Shown: positions 29,017-38,435 of the stretch, one piece after another
How the letters are laid out: every line of letters starts with the position of its first letter
Position numbering within the stretch: position 1 is the first letter of the stretch
Source: Planctomycetota bacterium
Lineage (GTDB): Bacteria > Planctomycetota > UBA1135 > UBA2386
Length of the DNA stretch: 64,000 bases
Direction: 5' to 3'
NCBI GenBank assembly: GCA_965223545.1
Contig: OZ245006.1
Location: 4,928,001 to 4,992,000 of the forward strand
Made by a program: the position numbers and the translations under genes
The notes under the pieces: generated by a model
The model's database searches: none
The model's input: the letters and a program-made list of their open reading frames with translations, nothing else
What the model was told of the DNA's origin: nothing

Positions 29017-30549
29017 ATGACGGCACTCCCGCCTGCCACCACCCCGCCGGCGGCCGACGCTCCGCTTCTGCTGCGGGCGCGCGGTCTCGCCAAGCGATTC
29101 CCCGGCGTCTGGGCGCTGCGCGGCGTCGACCTCGACGTGCGCCGCGGCGAGGTGCTCGCGGTGCTCGGCGAAAACGGCGCCGGCAAGAGCACGCTGATGA
29201 AGATCCTCGCCGGCATCGAGCAGCCCGACGCGGGTGAGGTGTGGATCGATGGCCAGCGCGTCGCCATCGAGGACTCGCGCCGCGCGCTGGAGCTCGGCGT
29301 GGTCTTGATCCACCAAGAGCTCGACTTGGCCGACAACCTCGATGTCGCCGGCAACCTGTTCTTGGGGCGCGAGCCGCACCGCTTCGGCTGGGTCGACCGC
29401 GCCGCGCTGCGCCGCCGCGCACGGGAAGCGCTGGCGCGTATCGGGGCGGATTTCGGCCCCGACGTGCGCGTGTCCAGTCTGGCGATCGGCCAACAGCAGC
29501 TGGTCGAGATCGCCAAGGCACTCAGCGTCGACGCGCGGCTGCTGATCATGGACGAGCCGTCGTCGAGTCTGTCGCAGCGCGAGACCGAGCGCCTGTTCGG
29601 AGTGGTGCGCGATCTCGCCGCGCGCGGCGTCAGTGTGGTCTACATCAGCCACCGTCTGGCCGAGATCGAGCAGCTCGCCGACCGCGTCGCCGTGCTCAAG
29701 GACGGCCGCAACAGCGGGGTCTTGCACCGTGGCGAGATCGAGCGCGCCGCGATGGTGCGTTTGATGGTGGGGCGCGAGCTCGAGGTGCGTGCACCGACCG
29801 CGCGCTCCGCGGCCGACGAGGTGGCGCTGGCCGTCCGGGCCCTGCGCGTTCCGGGTCGGCCGCGGCAGCGCCTCGACTTCTCGGTGCGCGCCGGCGAGAT
29901 CGTCGGTCTCGCCGGCCTGGTTGGAGCCGGGCGCTCCGAGCTGCTGGAGTGCTTGTTCGGAGTCGAGCCAGCGCTCGACGGGGAGATCGAAGTGCGTGGC
30001 AAAGCCCTGCGCGTCGGAGGTCCGGCAGCCGCATTGGCGGCCGGCATCGCGCTGGTTCCCGAAGACCGCAAGGCGCAGGCGTTGTTCTTGGAGATGGCGG
30101 TCGCCGACAACATCGGGGTCGCGTCGTGGGCGCGATCGCGGCGCTTCGGCATGGTCGCCGCGGCGCAGCACCGCCGCACTGCCGCGGCGTTGATCGAGGA
30201 GCTGTCGATCGACACCCCGGCGCCCGAGCATCCCGTCGGCCTGCTGTCCGGCGGCAACCAGCAGAAGGTGGTGCTGGCGCGCTGGCTCGCGCTGCGCCCG
30301 GACGTGCTCTTGCTGGACGAGCCGACGCGCGGCATCGATGTCGGCGCGCGGCACGAGATCTACGCGCTCGTCGAACGGCTCGCCGCCGACGGCGTCGCCG
30401 TGGTGTTCGCCTCGGGCGAGATGGAAGAGGTGCTGCGGTTGGCGCACCGGGTCCTGGTCATGCACGAGGGCGGTCTCGCCGGCGAGCTCTCCGGCGGCGC
30501 AGTGACCGAGGAGGCGATCATGCAGTTGGCGACGGGAGGCCGATCTTGA
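29017..30549 (+). CDS. Sugar ABC transporter ATP-binding protein (RbsA/MglA-type, two NBDs)
   Basis: GENGAGKSTL, IMDEPS, LSGGNQQKV, LLDEPTRGIDVG. Confidence 0.95.
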   Translation: MTALPPATTPPAADAPLLLRARGLAKRFPGVWALRGVDLDVRRGEVLAVLGENGAGKSTLMKILAGIEQPDAGEVWIDGQRVAIEDSRRALELGVVLIHQELDLADNLDVAGNLFLGREPHRFGWVDRAALRRRAREALARIGADFGPDVRVSSLAIGQQQLVEIAKALSVDARLLIMDEPSSSLSQRETERLFGVVRDLAARGVSVVYISHRLAEIEQLADRVAVLKDGRNSGVLHRGEIERAAMVRLMVGRELEVRAPTARSAADEVALAVRALRVPGRPRQRLDFSVRAGEIVGLAGLVGAGRSELLECLFGVEPALDGEIEVRGKALRVGGPAAALAAGIALVPEDRKAQALFLEMAVADNIGVASWARSRRFGMVAAAQHRRTAAALIEELSIDTPAPEHPVGLLSGGNQQKVVLARWLALRPDVLLLDEPTRGIDVGARHEIYALVERLAADGVAVVFASGEMEEVLRLAHRVLVMHEGGLAGELSGGAVTEEAIMQLATGGRS

Positions 30550-31706
30550 ACCGCGTTCTCGGCATCCTGGGGCTGCTGGCGGCGATCGTCTTCGCGATGG
30601 TCTTGGCCGAGCCGCGCTTCTACAGCGAGGCGAACCTCGAGAACTTGATCCGGCGCACGGCGTTGTACGGCATCCTCTCGATTGGCGTCGCGTTCCCGAT
30701 CATCACCGCCGGAATCGACCTGTCGATCGGCTCGGTGGTCGGACTCGTCGGCGCCATGTTGCCCTGGTTGTTGGTGCAGCACGATTGGTCGGTCGGCGCT
30801 GCGCTCGCCGCCGTGCTGTTGGTGGGTGCGGCGATCGGTTGCGGCCACGGCTTCTTGGTGACCAAGCTGCGACTGCAGCCGTTCGTGGTGACGCTCTGCG
30901 GACTCCTGATCTACCGCGGACTGGCGCGTTGGATGACCGATGATCGCACCCAGGGCTTCGGCTCCGCCTTCGAGGGGTTGCGCACACTGGCCACCGGCAA
31001 GCCCTGCAGTCTGGCGCTGGTCGTCGCGGTGCTGGGTGCGCTCGGTGTCGCCGGTGCTCTGCTGCGCTGGCGCCGTGCGCGCCTCGAGGGCGAGGCGGTG
31101 CCCGGCACCGCCCGCGCCGGGGCGTTGATGTCGGGCGCGGTCTCATCGATCGGGGTCGCTGCGATGGTCGGTGACCTCGGCGTGCTGTCGACGCTTCGGG
31201 CACCGGCGCCGTTCTTGTTCCTGATCGTCCTCGGGTTGGCAGCGGGCGGCTTCCTGACCTACACGGTCTGGGGACGCCACATGCTGGCGCTCGGCCGAAA
31301 CGAGCGGGCCGCGCGTTACAGCGGCATCGCGACGGGGCGCCTGGTCGTGCTCGCCTACGTCCTCTGCGCGCTGTGCGCGGCGCTCGGCGGCGTGCTGTTC
31401 GCGCTCGACGTGAACTCGGTCGCGCCGGCGATGCAAGGCAACTTCTTCGAGCTCTACGCCATCGCAGCGGCGGTGCTGGGCGGATGCAGCCTGCGCGGCG
31501 GCGAGGGCTCGATCCTCGGTGTCATCGCAGGCGCGGCGGTGATGCGCACCCTCTACAACGCCATCAACCTGCTGCGTTTGCCCGATCAGCTCGAGTTCAC
31601 CATCGTCGGCGTCGTGCTGCTCGCCGGCGTGGCCACCGACGAAGTCCTCAAGCGCTGGGTCGCGGCCCGTCGCCGCTGGCGCGATCCCGGGGCACCGAGC
31701 GATTGA
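30546..31706 (+). CDS. Sugar ABC transporter permease (RbsC-like)
   Basis: GIDLSIGS, PFVVTL, GRNERAARYSGI, ELYAIAAAVLGGCSLRGGEG; TTG start overlaps the upstream TGA. Confidence 0.92.
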   Translation: MNRVLGILGLLAAIVFAMVLAEPRFYSEANLENLIRRTALYGILSIGVAFPIITAGIDLSIGSVVGLVGAMLPWLLVQHDWSVGAALAAVLLVGAAIGCGHGFLVTKLRLQPFVVTLCGLLIYRGLARWMTDDRTQGFGSAFEGLRTLATGKPCSLALVVAVLGALGVAGALLRWRRARLEGEAVPGTARAGALMSGAVSSIGVAAMVGDLGVLSTLRAPAPFLFLIVLGLAAGGFLTYTVWGRHMLALGRNERAARYSGIATGRLVVLAYVLCALCAALGGVLFALDVNSVAPAMQGNFFELYAIAAAVLGGCSLRGGEGSILGVIAGAAVMRTLYNAINLLRLPDQLEFTIVGVVLLAGVATDEVLKRWVAARRRWRDPGAPSD

Positions 31707-31756
31707 CCGCGGTCGAAACCGAGCCACTTCTCGTCCGGCGGCCCTAAGGTGGTTGC

Positions 31757-33310
31757 ATGTCCGTGATCCGCTGGTCGGCGTGCTGTGTTCTGCTGGTGTG
31801 GTCCAGCGCGGTGGTCCCGCTTGCCGGGCAACGCACGGTGGTGCGCGTCGCCGTCGCTCCGAGCGGCGAGGAAGCGTGGCTGTCGGCCGCCACCGGTCTG
31901 TTGGTGACCGGGTGGTCCGCGGCGCCATCGGGTCAGCTGCAGCTGGGCGATGGGGCCTTTCCGCGGTTCGACGCCGCCGGCAACCTCTACTTCGTCCGCG
32001 GCGTCGAGGACGGCCACCGCTTGCTCGGCACGACGTCGTGGTGGGTGCCCCGCGGCAGCACGCAGCCAAAACCGCTCGCCGATATGGCCGTCATGCCGCC
32101 GTACGCGCTGCCGCCGTCGACCCGCCGTGCCGGTGCCGCGGTGCCGGTGTGCATCGACCCGGGCCACGGCGGCAGCGACCCGGGCGCCATCGGCTTCGGC
32201 TACCAGGAGAAGGACATCAACCTCGACGTCGGGCTCAAGCTGCGCGCGTGGTTGGACCGGGACACGCAGGACGCGACGGGCGGTGGGGACTGGAACGTGT
32301 TGATGACGCGCACCGACGATCGATTCATCAGCCTGTGCCAACGGGCCAACATGGCCAACGCCTTCGGTGCCGCGAGCTTTCTGTCGATCCACATGAACGC
32401 GTTCACGTCGAGTGCCGCCAACGGCACCGAGACGTTCTGCATGGTCGGGCAAGAGGCGAATGCAGGAGGTCGGTTGCGCAACGTCGTGCAGACCGAGGCC
32501 CTGGCGGCGTGGCGGCTGACCAATCGAGGCACCAAGTCGGCGAACTTCGCGGTGCTGCGCCTGACAGCGATGCCCGCGGCGTTGCTCGAGGGCGGCTTCA
32601 TGACCAGCCCGATCGACATCGTACCGATCAGCGATCCGGCGGCGCGCGACACGCTGGCGTTGCACTGTTTGTTCGCGCTGCAGCAGCACCACGGGTTCGG
32701 CCGCCACCGACCCAGCGGCGGAAGCGTGAATGGCACCCTGAAGGGCGTGCTCTACGATGCCGCGCGCGGCACCGCGGCGCGCATCGGCGGCGGCATGGTG
32801 GGCCTTGGCGACGGGCGCTTCACGATGGCCCGCGCCTCGGACGGCTACTTCGAGATGACGTTGCCGGCCGCGACCTACAGCTACGCGGCGACTGCCGCGG
32901 GCTTCGACCCGCTGGCGGCGAGCCGCACGGTGCCGGCGGGTGGCGAGATCTGGGGCAGTCTGGGGCTGTCCCCGGCAAACGTGCCGGCGCTCGCGCTCGA
33001 CCCGAATCCACCGCCGAGCGCGCCGCTCAATCTCTCCGTGCGCGGCGATCCGGGCTCGCCGGTCGTGCTCTTCGTCAACACCACCGTCGGTCTTCCGCTG
33101 CTGTCGTGGTCGGCGCTCGGGCTCGGCACCTCGTGGCCGTCGCTCGCCGGAGCGGCCAGCGCGACGATCGGGGTGGTGCCCGCCGGCGGCACGCTGGCGC
33201 TCGCGCTGCGCGCGCCGGCGCAGGTCGGGTTCCGCGTGCACTGCCAGGCGGCGGTGCGCAGTGGTGGTGGCTTCCGTTTGACCAACGGGGCCGCGTTCGA
33301 AGTGCGATAG
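31757..33310 (+). CDS. Secreted N-acetylmuramoyl-L-alanine amidase (Amidase_3) with carboxypeptidase-regulatory-like and shared C-terminal domains
   Basis: IDPGHGGSDPGA, EKDINL, TRTDD, FLSIHMNA, ALLEGGF zinc and catalytic motifs; C-terminus CQAAV..GFRLTNGAAFEVR. Confidence 0.88.
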   Translation: MSVIRWSACCVLLVWSSAVVPLAGQRTVVRVAVAPSGEEAWLSAATGLLVTGWSAAPSGQLQLGDGAFPRFDAAGNLYFVRGVEDGHRLLGTTSWWVPRGSTQPKPLADMAVMPPYALPPSTRRAGAAVPVCIDPGHGGSDPGAIGFGYQEKDINLDVGLKLRAWLDRDTQDATGGGDWNVLMTRTDDRFISLCQRANMANAFGAASFLSIHMNAFTSSAANGTETFCMVGQEANAGGRLRNVVQTEALAAWRLTNRGTKSANFAVLRLTAMPAALLEGGFMTSPIDIVPISDPAARDTLALHCLFALQQHHGFGRHRPSGGSVNGTLKGVLYDAARGTAARIGGGMVGLGDGRFTMARASDGYFEMTLPAATYSYAATAAGFDPLAASRTVPAGGEIWGSLGLSPANVPALALDPNPPPSAPLNLSVRGDPGSPVVLFVNTTVGLPLLSWSALGLGTSWPSLAGAASATIGVVPAGGTLALALRAPAQVGFRVHCQAAVRSGGGFRLTNGAAFEVR

Positions 33311-33336
33311 CTCGTTCGGCGAGGGGGCGACGACGA

Positions 33337-34371
33337 ATGACCACTGTCAGACGCCGGCGGGTGCGCCGCATGTGGTGGGAAGCGCTGGACTACGAGCGGT
33401 TGCTCGACGTGCGCCTGTGCGATCTCGACCTGCGCATCGAGGACACCGCGCTGGCCGCGCGCGTCGAGCGGCTGTACGGCGACCTCGAGCGCCGCGGACT
33501 GCGCTTTCGGCCCAATGTCTGGCTCTCCTCGGACTGGTTCTCGCCCGATCGGGTGCCGGGGTTCGCGATCCCGTTCTTTTTGGCGCACCGGCGGTTGGCG
33601 CGGATCGAGCACCGGCACATGCTGGAGGTCGAGGGTGGCTCCCACACCTGGTGCATGAAGCTCATGCGTCACGAAACCGGTCACGCCATCGACAACGCCT
33701 ACAAGCTGCACCACCGGCGCGGCTGGAGCGACGTGTTCGGCAAGTTCTCGCAGCCGTATCACGACACCTATCGGCCCAAGCCGGACAGCAAGGCGTTCGT
33801 GCAGAACCTCGACTACTGGTACTCACAGAGCCACCCCGCCGAGGACTGGGCCGAGTGTTTCGCCGTTTGGTTGCAGCCGGGTTCGCGCTGGCGCCAGCGC
33901 TACGCCGGCTGGCCGGTGCTCGCCAAGCTGGAGTACGTCGACACGTTGATGGAGCGCATCGCGACGCAGCCTGCCACGGTGCGCACCCGCCGGCGCGTGG
34001 ATTCGCTGCCGCGGTTGACGATGACTCTGCGTGAGTACTACGAGCGCAAGCAGCGCAGCTACCAGATCGATGCCGACGGCATGTTCGACGAGCACCTGCA
34101 TCGCTTGTTCGGTGTCGATCGGCCGCGGCGTCCCGCCGCATCCGCGTTCTTGCGCCGACACCGCCACTATCTGCGCACCCGCGTCGCGTCGGTGACCGGC
34201 GAGTATCGCTACGTCGTCGATCAGGCGCTGCGCGAGATGATTGCGGGTTGCCGGCGCCACGGCCTGCGGCTGGCCAAGTCGGAGCGCCAGACGCGCGCCG
34301 ACGCGGCGATCTTGCTGGCGTCGTTGACGGTGGGGTTGGTCGCCGGCCGGCGGCGGGAGTTCACGCGGTGA
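33337..34371 (+). CDS. Putative zinc-binding metallopeptidase (zincin, Peptidase_Mx-like)
   Basis: IPFFLAH, LMRHETGHA, YSQSHPAEDWAECFAVWL, KLEYV. Confidence 0.8.
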   Translation: MTTVRRRRVRRMWWEALDYERLLDVRLCDLDLRIEDTALAARVERLYGDLERRGLRFRPNVWLSSDWFSPDRVPGFAIPFFLAHRRLARIEHRHMLEVEGGSHTWCMKLMRHETGHAIDNAYKLHHRRGWSDVFGKFSQPYHDTYRPKPDSKAFVQNLDYWYSQSHPAEDWAECFAVWLQPGSRWRQRYAGWPVLAKLEYVDTLMERIATQPATVRTRRRVDSLPRLTMTLREYYERKQRSYQIDADGMFDEHLHRLFGVDRPRRPAASAFLRRHRHYLRTRVASVTGEYRYVVDQALREMIAGCRRHGLRLAKSERQTRADAAILLASLTVGLVAGRRREFTR

Positions 34372-35393
34372 AGAAGCTGCGGGTGTTGTTGTTGATGCAC
34401 GAGCATCTGGTGCCGCCGGACTCGATGGATGGTGTGCCGGAGAAGGAAGCCAACAACTGGCTGATGGAGTTCGACGTGCGCGCCGCCCTGCGGGACCTCG
34501 GCCACGAGGTCATCCAGCTCGGGGTCGGCGACGAGCTGTTGCCGATCCGGCGCGCCATCGAGGAGCACAAGCCGCACGTCTGCTGCAATTTGCTGACCCA
34601 CTTTCTCGACGTCGGCGCCTACCACGCGCACGTCGTCAGCTACCTCGAGCTGCAGCGCGCGGCCTACACCGGCTGCAATCCGCGGGGCCTCCTCTTGGCC
34701 GGCGACAAGGCGCTGTCGAAGAAAGTGCTGACCTATCACCGCGTCCGCGTGCCTCGCTTCGCGGTGTTCCGCTACGGCAAGGCGGTGCGCAGCGCGCGCG
34801 GGCTGCAGTTTCCACTGATCGTCAAGTCGGTCGCCGAGCAAGCGTCGATGGGGATCGCGCAGGCGTCGGTAGTGCGCGACTTCGATGCCCTCGTCGAGCG
34901 CGTCGCCTTCGTGCACCGCACGATCGGCACGGCGGCGATCGCGGAGCAGTACATCGAGGGGCGGGAGCTCAACGTCGGGGTGATTGGCAACGAGCGGCTG
35001 ACCGTCTTGCCCGTGCGGGAGGTGACGTTCGAGGCGATGCCGGAAGGATCGGCGCAGATCCTGACCGCGAAGGGCAAGTGGGACCTGGAGTACCAGAAGC
35101 GCATCGGTCTGAGCGCCGGTCCCGCGCAGCTGGACGAGCCCGTGCAGCGGGAGATCGAGCGGCAGGCCAAGCGCATCTACAAGGCGCTGTCGTTGACCGG
35201 CTACGCCCGCATCGATCTGCGACTCTCGCAGGAGGACAAGCCCTACGTCCTGGAAGCCAATCCCAACCCCGACGTCTGCCGTCACGAAGACTTCGCCTCC
35301 GCGGCGGCGGCCGCTGGGATCGACTACGAGTCGCTGATCCAAAAGATCATCGCGCTCGGCATCAGCCACCGCCCGGCTTGGAAGCGCGGTTGA
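34368..35393 (+). CDS. ATP-grasp ligase of the D-Ala-D-Ala ligase-like family (not canonical Ddl)
   Basis: YTGC, DKALSK, PLIVK, EQYIEGRE, GYARIDLR, LEANPNP; GTG start overlaps the upstream TGA. Confidence 0.85.
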   Translation: MKKLRVLLLMHEHLVPPDSMDGVPEKEANNWLMEFDVRAALRDLGHEVIQLGVGDELLPIRRAIEEHKPHVCCNLLTHFLDVGAYHAHVVSYLELQRAAYTGCNPRGLLLAGDKALSKKVLTYHRVRVPRFAVFRYGKAVRSARGLQFPLIVKSVAEQASMGIAQASVVRDFDALVERVAFVHRTIGTAAIAEQYIEGRELNVGVIGNERLTVLPVREVTFEAMPEGSAQILTAKGKWDLEYQKRIGLSAGPAQLDEPVQREIERQAKRIYKALSLTGYARIDLRLSQEDKPYVLEANPNPDVCRHEDFASAAAAAGIDYESLIQKIIALGISHRPAWKRG

Positions 35394-35395
35394 GC

Positions 35396-37120
35396 ATGCG
35401 ATCGGCGCCCCTTCTTGCACCTTCGAGTACGACATCCACGACGACCATGCTGGATTCTGTGAGGCCGTTCTCGGAGCGCTGGTGCACCGCGATCGCCATC
35501 ACGCTGGTCGTACCGTCGGTCGCGGTGGCGCAGGTGCCGGCGGTGGAGGACGGGCCAGCGACGGCCTTCGTCGATACGGTCAAGTCGGAAGCCCTGGCGG
35601 AGTCGCTGCTCGAGTGGGTCAGCGCGGTCGAGCAGCGCGCGGTGCCGTTCGACGAGCTGGTGCCGATCTACCCCGGCGAGCATCCGCTGTATGCCGCGGC
35701 CATCGCCGCGTTCGCCGTCGACGTGCCGCGCAGTCTGCGCGTCACCCACGCCGAGATGTACGCGCGGCTGTTGCGTGCGGCCGAGAACGGCTTCACGCCG
35801 GCGCTGTGTTGGCCGCTGCTGCGCGCCGCCGCGATGGCGGATGGCGAGCGCGCCTTCGAGCCGCTCGTGCTGCAGGCGCGCGATGACGCGCTGTGGACTT
35901 GGTTGCGGGCCGCTCCGCCACCGGCGTGGCAGTGGCTGCGCGCGCACATCGCCGACCGGTCACGCGCGGAGCGCATGCCGCACGTGGCCGCCGCGGCGTT
36001 GCGCCTGCTCGGCGAACACGGTGAAGCCGCCGACCACGCCCTGGTCGCTGGCTACTTGCGGACCCGGGACCCGCGGCCGCGCCGGGCGGCCGCCGCCGCG
36101 CTGGCGCGGCTGGCCAGCGCCGAGACCTACGCGCTCGTGGTCGAGCGCCTGGGCTTCGAGCCGCACGCGATGGTGCGGCAGGAGCTGTTGGTGGCGCTGC
36201 AAGCGGCGTTGACCTCGGCCCGCCCGTCGCCGGCGCAGCTGGTCGCCGACCTGGCCCCGTTTCTGCGGGGCCGCGACTGGCGCGTGTCGATCGCGGTCGT
36301 CGATCTGTTGGCGGCGCATCCCTGTGCCGAGGGCGTCGATGCACTGTTGTTACTGATGGAGCGCCAGGCGGGGGCGACTGGGCGGCGCCGGGTTCCGCTG
36401 CTGCAGGAGCGGGTTTGGCGGCGGCTGCGCGAGATCACGGGAGCGAACCTGCCGGCCGACGATGTGCGCGGGTGGCGTGAGTTCTGGCAGCGGGAGGGCG
36501 CGCAGGTCCGGCTGCGGCCGGCGGGGCCGCGCGCGGGCGTGCGGCGGACGCGGGCGACGATGCGCGATGTGCCGGTGATGGGCCGCGACGTCGCGTTCTT
36601 GCTCGACGCGTCGGCGAGCATGAAGAAGACCGTGCCCGATCCCGCCGACCCTGCGGCGGCCGCGGTGGCCCGACTCGAGCTCGCTGGCCGACAGATCGCG
36701 GCGGCGGTGGCGCGACTGCGCAAGGGCACGCACTACTCGCTGCTGACCTTCACCAAGACCACGACGGCCCGGTTCGAGGAAACCGCGGGGCGCCGCCGCG
36801 GCGAGCGCGAAGCGCTGACGTCGTTCCTCGCCGGGCTGCGCGCGGAGGGCGGCAGCGACATCCTCGGCGGCATCCTGCACGTGCTCGCGGCGGAAGCCGA
36901 GCGCGCCGATCCCGACGGCCTCGAAGAGCTCTTCGTCGTCTCCGACGGCCTGCCCTCGGGCGGCGAGGTCGTCGAGCCGGCGCGCATTCTGCAGATCGTG
37001 CGCGAGCTCAACCGCGGCCGGCGGATCCGAATCCACACCGTGTTCGCGGGCACCGGTGCGGGCGAGGAGTTCCTGCGTCAGCTCGCGGCGGAGAACGATG
37101 GCGAGTTCGTCCGGATGTGA
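35396..37120 (+). CDS. HEAT-repeat and VWA domain protein
   Basis: Helical repeats (RRAAAAALARL, DWRVSIAVV); MIDAS FLLDASASM; LFVVSDGLP; IRIHTV. Confidence 0.8.
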   Translation: MRSAPLLAPSSTTSTTTMLDSVRPFSERWCTAIAITLVVPSVAVAQVPAVEDGPATAFVDTVKSEALAESLLEWVSAVEQRAVPFDELVPIYPGEHPLYAAAIAAFAVDVPRSLRVTHAEMYARLLRAAENGFTPALCWPLLRAAAMADGERAFEPLVLQARDDALWTWLRAAPPPAWQWLRAHIADRSRAERMPHVAAAALRLLGEHGEAADHALVAGYLRTRDPRPRRAAAAALARLASAETYALVVERLGFEPHAMVRQELLVALQAALTSARPSPAQLVADLAPFLRGRDWRVSIAVVDLLAAHPCAEGVDALLLLMERQAGATGRRRVPLLQERVWRRLREITGANLPADDVRGWREFWQREGAQVRLRPAGPRAGVRRTRATMRDVPVMGRDVAFLLDASASMKKTVPDPADPAAAAVARLELAGRQIAAAVARLRKGTHYSLLTFTKTTTARFEETAGRRRGEREALTSFLAGLRAEGGSDILGGILHVLAAEAERADPDGLEELFVVSDGLPSGGEVVEPARILQIVRELNRGRRIRIHTVFAGTGAGEEFLRQLAAENDGEFVRM

Positions 37121-38417
37121 GCGGCTGCACCGCGCTTGGCGGGCGGCTGCTCTGCTGGGGTTGGCCGTGGGGCTGCCGGCGCAGGCCGACGCCCTCTACC
37201 GCGGCGCCCCGATCCGCTACGGCGAGCGGACCGCGGACGACGCGGTGACCCGCCTGCAGGAGCGCTTGGCGGCGGGAGAGGTCGAGCTGCGGCGCGACGC
37301 CACCCACGGCTATCTGCGGGGGCTGCTCGACGCGCTGGCCGTGCCGGTTTCTTCGCAGGCCTTGGTGTTTTCGAAGACCAGCTTGCAGCACCAGCGGATC
37401 TCGCCCGACAACCCGCGCGCGGTCTACTTCGGCGAAGACGCCTACGTCGGGTTCGTGCCGGGCGGCAGCGTCCTCGAAGTGACGGTGATGGATGCGCGCT
37501 TGGGCCCGGTGTTCTACACCCTCGACCAGCAAGCCCTGGAGCCGCGGTTCGAGCGGCACACCGAGCTCTGCTTGGCCTGTCACGCCAGCGGCCGCACGGC
37601 GGGCTGGCCCGGGCACTTGGTGCGCTCGGTGTTCGCCGATGCCGCCGGTCACCCGCTGCAGGCCGCTCCCGGCTTCGTCACCACGCACCAGAGCCCCTTG
37701 GCCGAGCGCTGGGGTGGTTGGTACGTCACCGGCACGCACGGTGCGCAGCGACACATGGGCAACGTCACGTTATCGGCGCGGCCCGATCCGAACGAGGCCC
37801 CCGTCCTCGATGTCGAAGCCGGCGCCAATCGCGAGGTGCTGCCGGCACGTGTGGACCCCGACCGCTACCTGTCGCCGCACAGCGATCTCGTTGCCCTGAT
37901 GGTGCTCGAGCATCAGGCGCACGTGCACAACGTGCTCGCTCGCGCGGGATACGAGGCGCAGCGCGCCCAACATCGCCACGCGCAAAGACTGCCGGACAGC
38001 GACCGCGACACCAAGTTGCGCCGCGATCTGCACGGCATCGCGGCCGACGTCCTCGAGGCCGTCCTGCTGCGCGATGAGGCCCGGCTCGACGGGCGGTTGC
38101 GCGGCACGTCGGCGTTCGCGGAAGAGTTCGCAGCGTCGGGGCCCCGCGATCGCGCCGGTCGCTCGCTGCGCGAGCTCGACCTCGAGCAGCGGTTGTTCCG
38201 CTATCCGTGCAGCTACTTGATCTACTCGCCGTCCTTCGACACGCTGCCGCCGGCAGTGCTGGACGCGGTCTACACCAGGATGTGGCGCATTCTCACCGGC
38301 CGTTTCGGTCGTCGTTCCTGGCCGTTCACTCGAGAGCAGCGGCAAGCCATCCTCGAGATCTTGCTCGACACCAAGAAGGGACTGCCCGCGAGTTGGCACC
38401 GCGTCGAAGTGCGGTAG
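37098..38417 (+). CDS. Secreted hypothetical protein with a single CxxCH haem-binding motif
   Basis: Signal-like N-terminus; CLACH; SQALVFSKTSLQ, ERWGGWYVTG, YPCSYLIYS. Confidence 0.65.
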   Translation: MASSSGCERLHRAWRAAALLGLAVGLPAQADALYRGAPIRYGERTADDAVTRLQERLAAGEVELRRDATHGYLRGLLDALAVPVSSQALVFSKTSLQHQRISPDNPRAVYFGEDAYVGFVPGGSVLEVTVMDARLGPVFYTLDQQALEPRFERHTELCLACHASGRTAGWPGHLVRSVFADAAGHPLQAAPGFVTTHQSPLAERWGGWYVTGTHGAQRHMGNVTLSARPDPNEAPVLDVEAGANREVLPARVDPDRYLSPHSDLVALMVLEHQAHVHNVLARAGYEAQRAQHRHAQRLPDSDRDTKLRRDLHGIAADVLEAVLLRDEARLDGRLRGTSAFAEEFAASGPRDRAGRSLRELDLEQRLFRYPCSYLIYSPSFDTLPPAVLDAVYTRMWRILTGRFGRRSWPFTREQRQAILEILLDTKKGLPASWHRVEVR

Positions 38418-38435
38418 GCTCGCAGTGCGGTGGGG

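Noticed and set aside
34368..35393. Calling the ATP-grasp gene ddl
   Set aside because: It lacks the canonical Ddl N-terminal GG-x-S-x-E motif and is coupled to a zincin rather than to mur genes.
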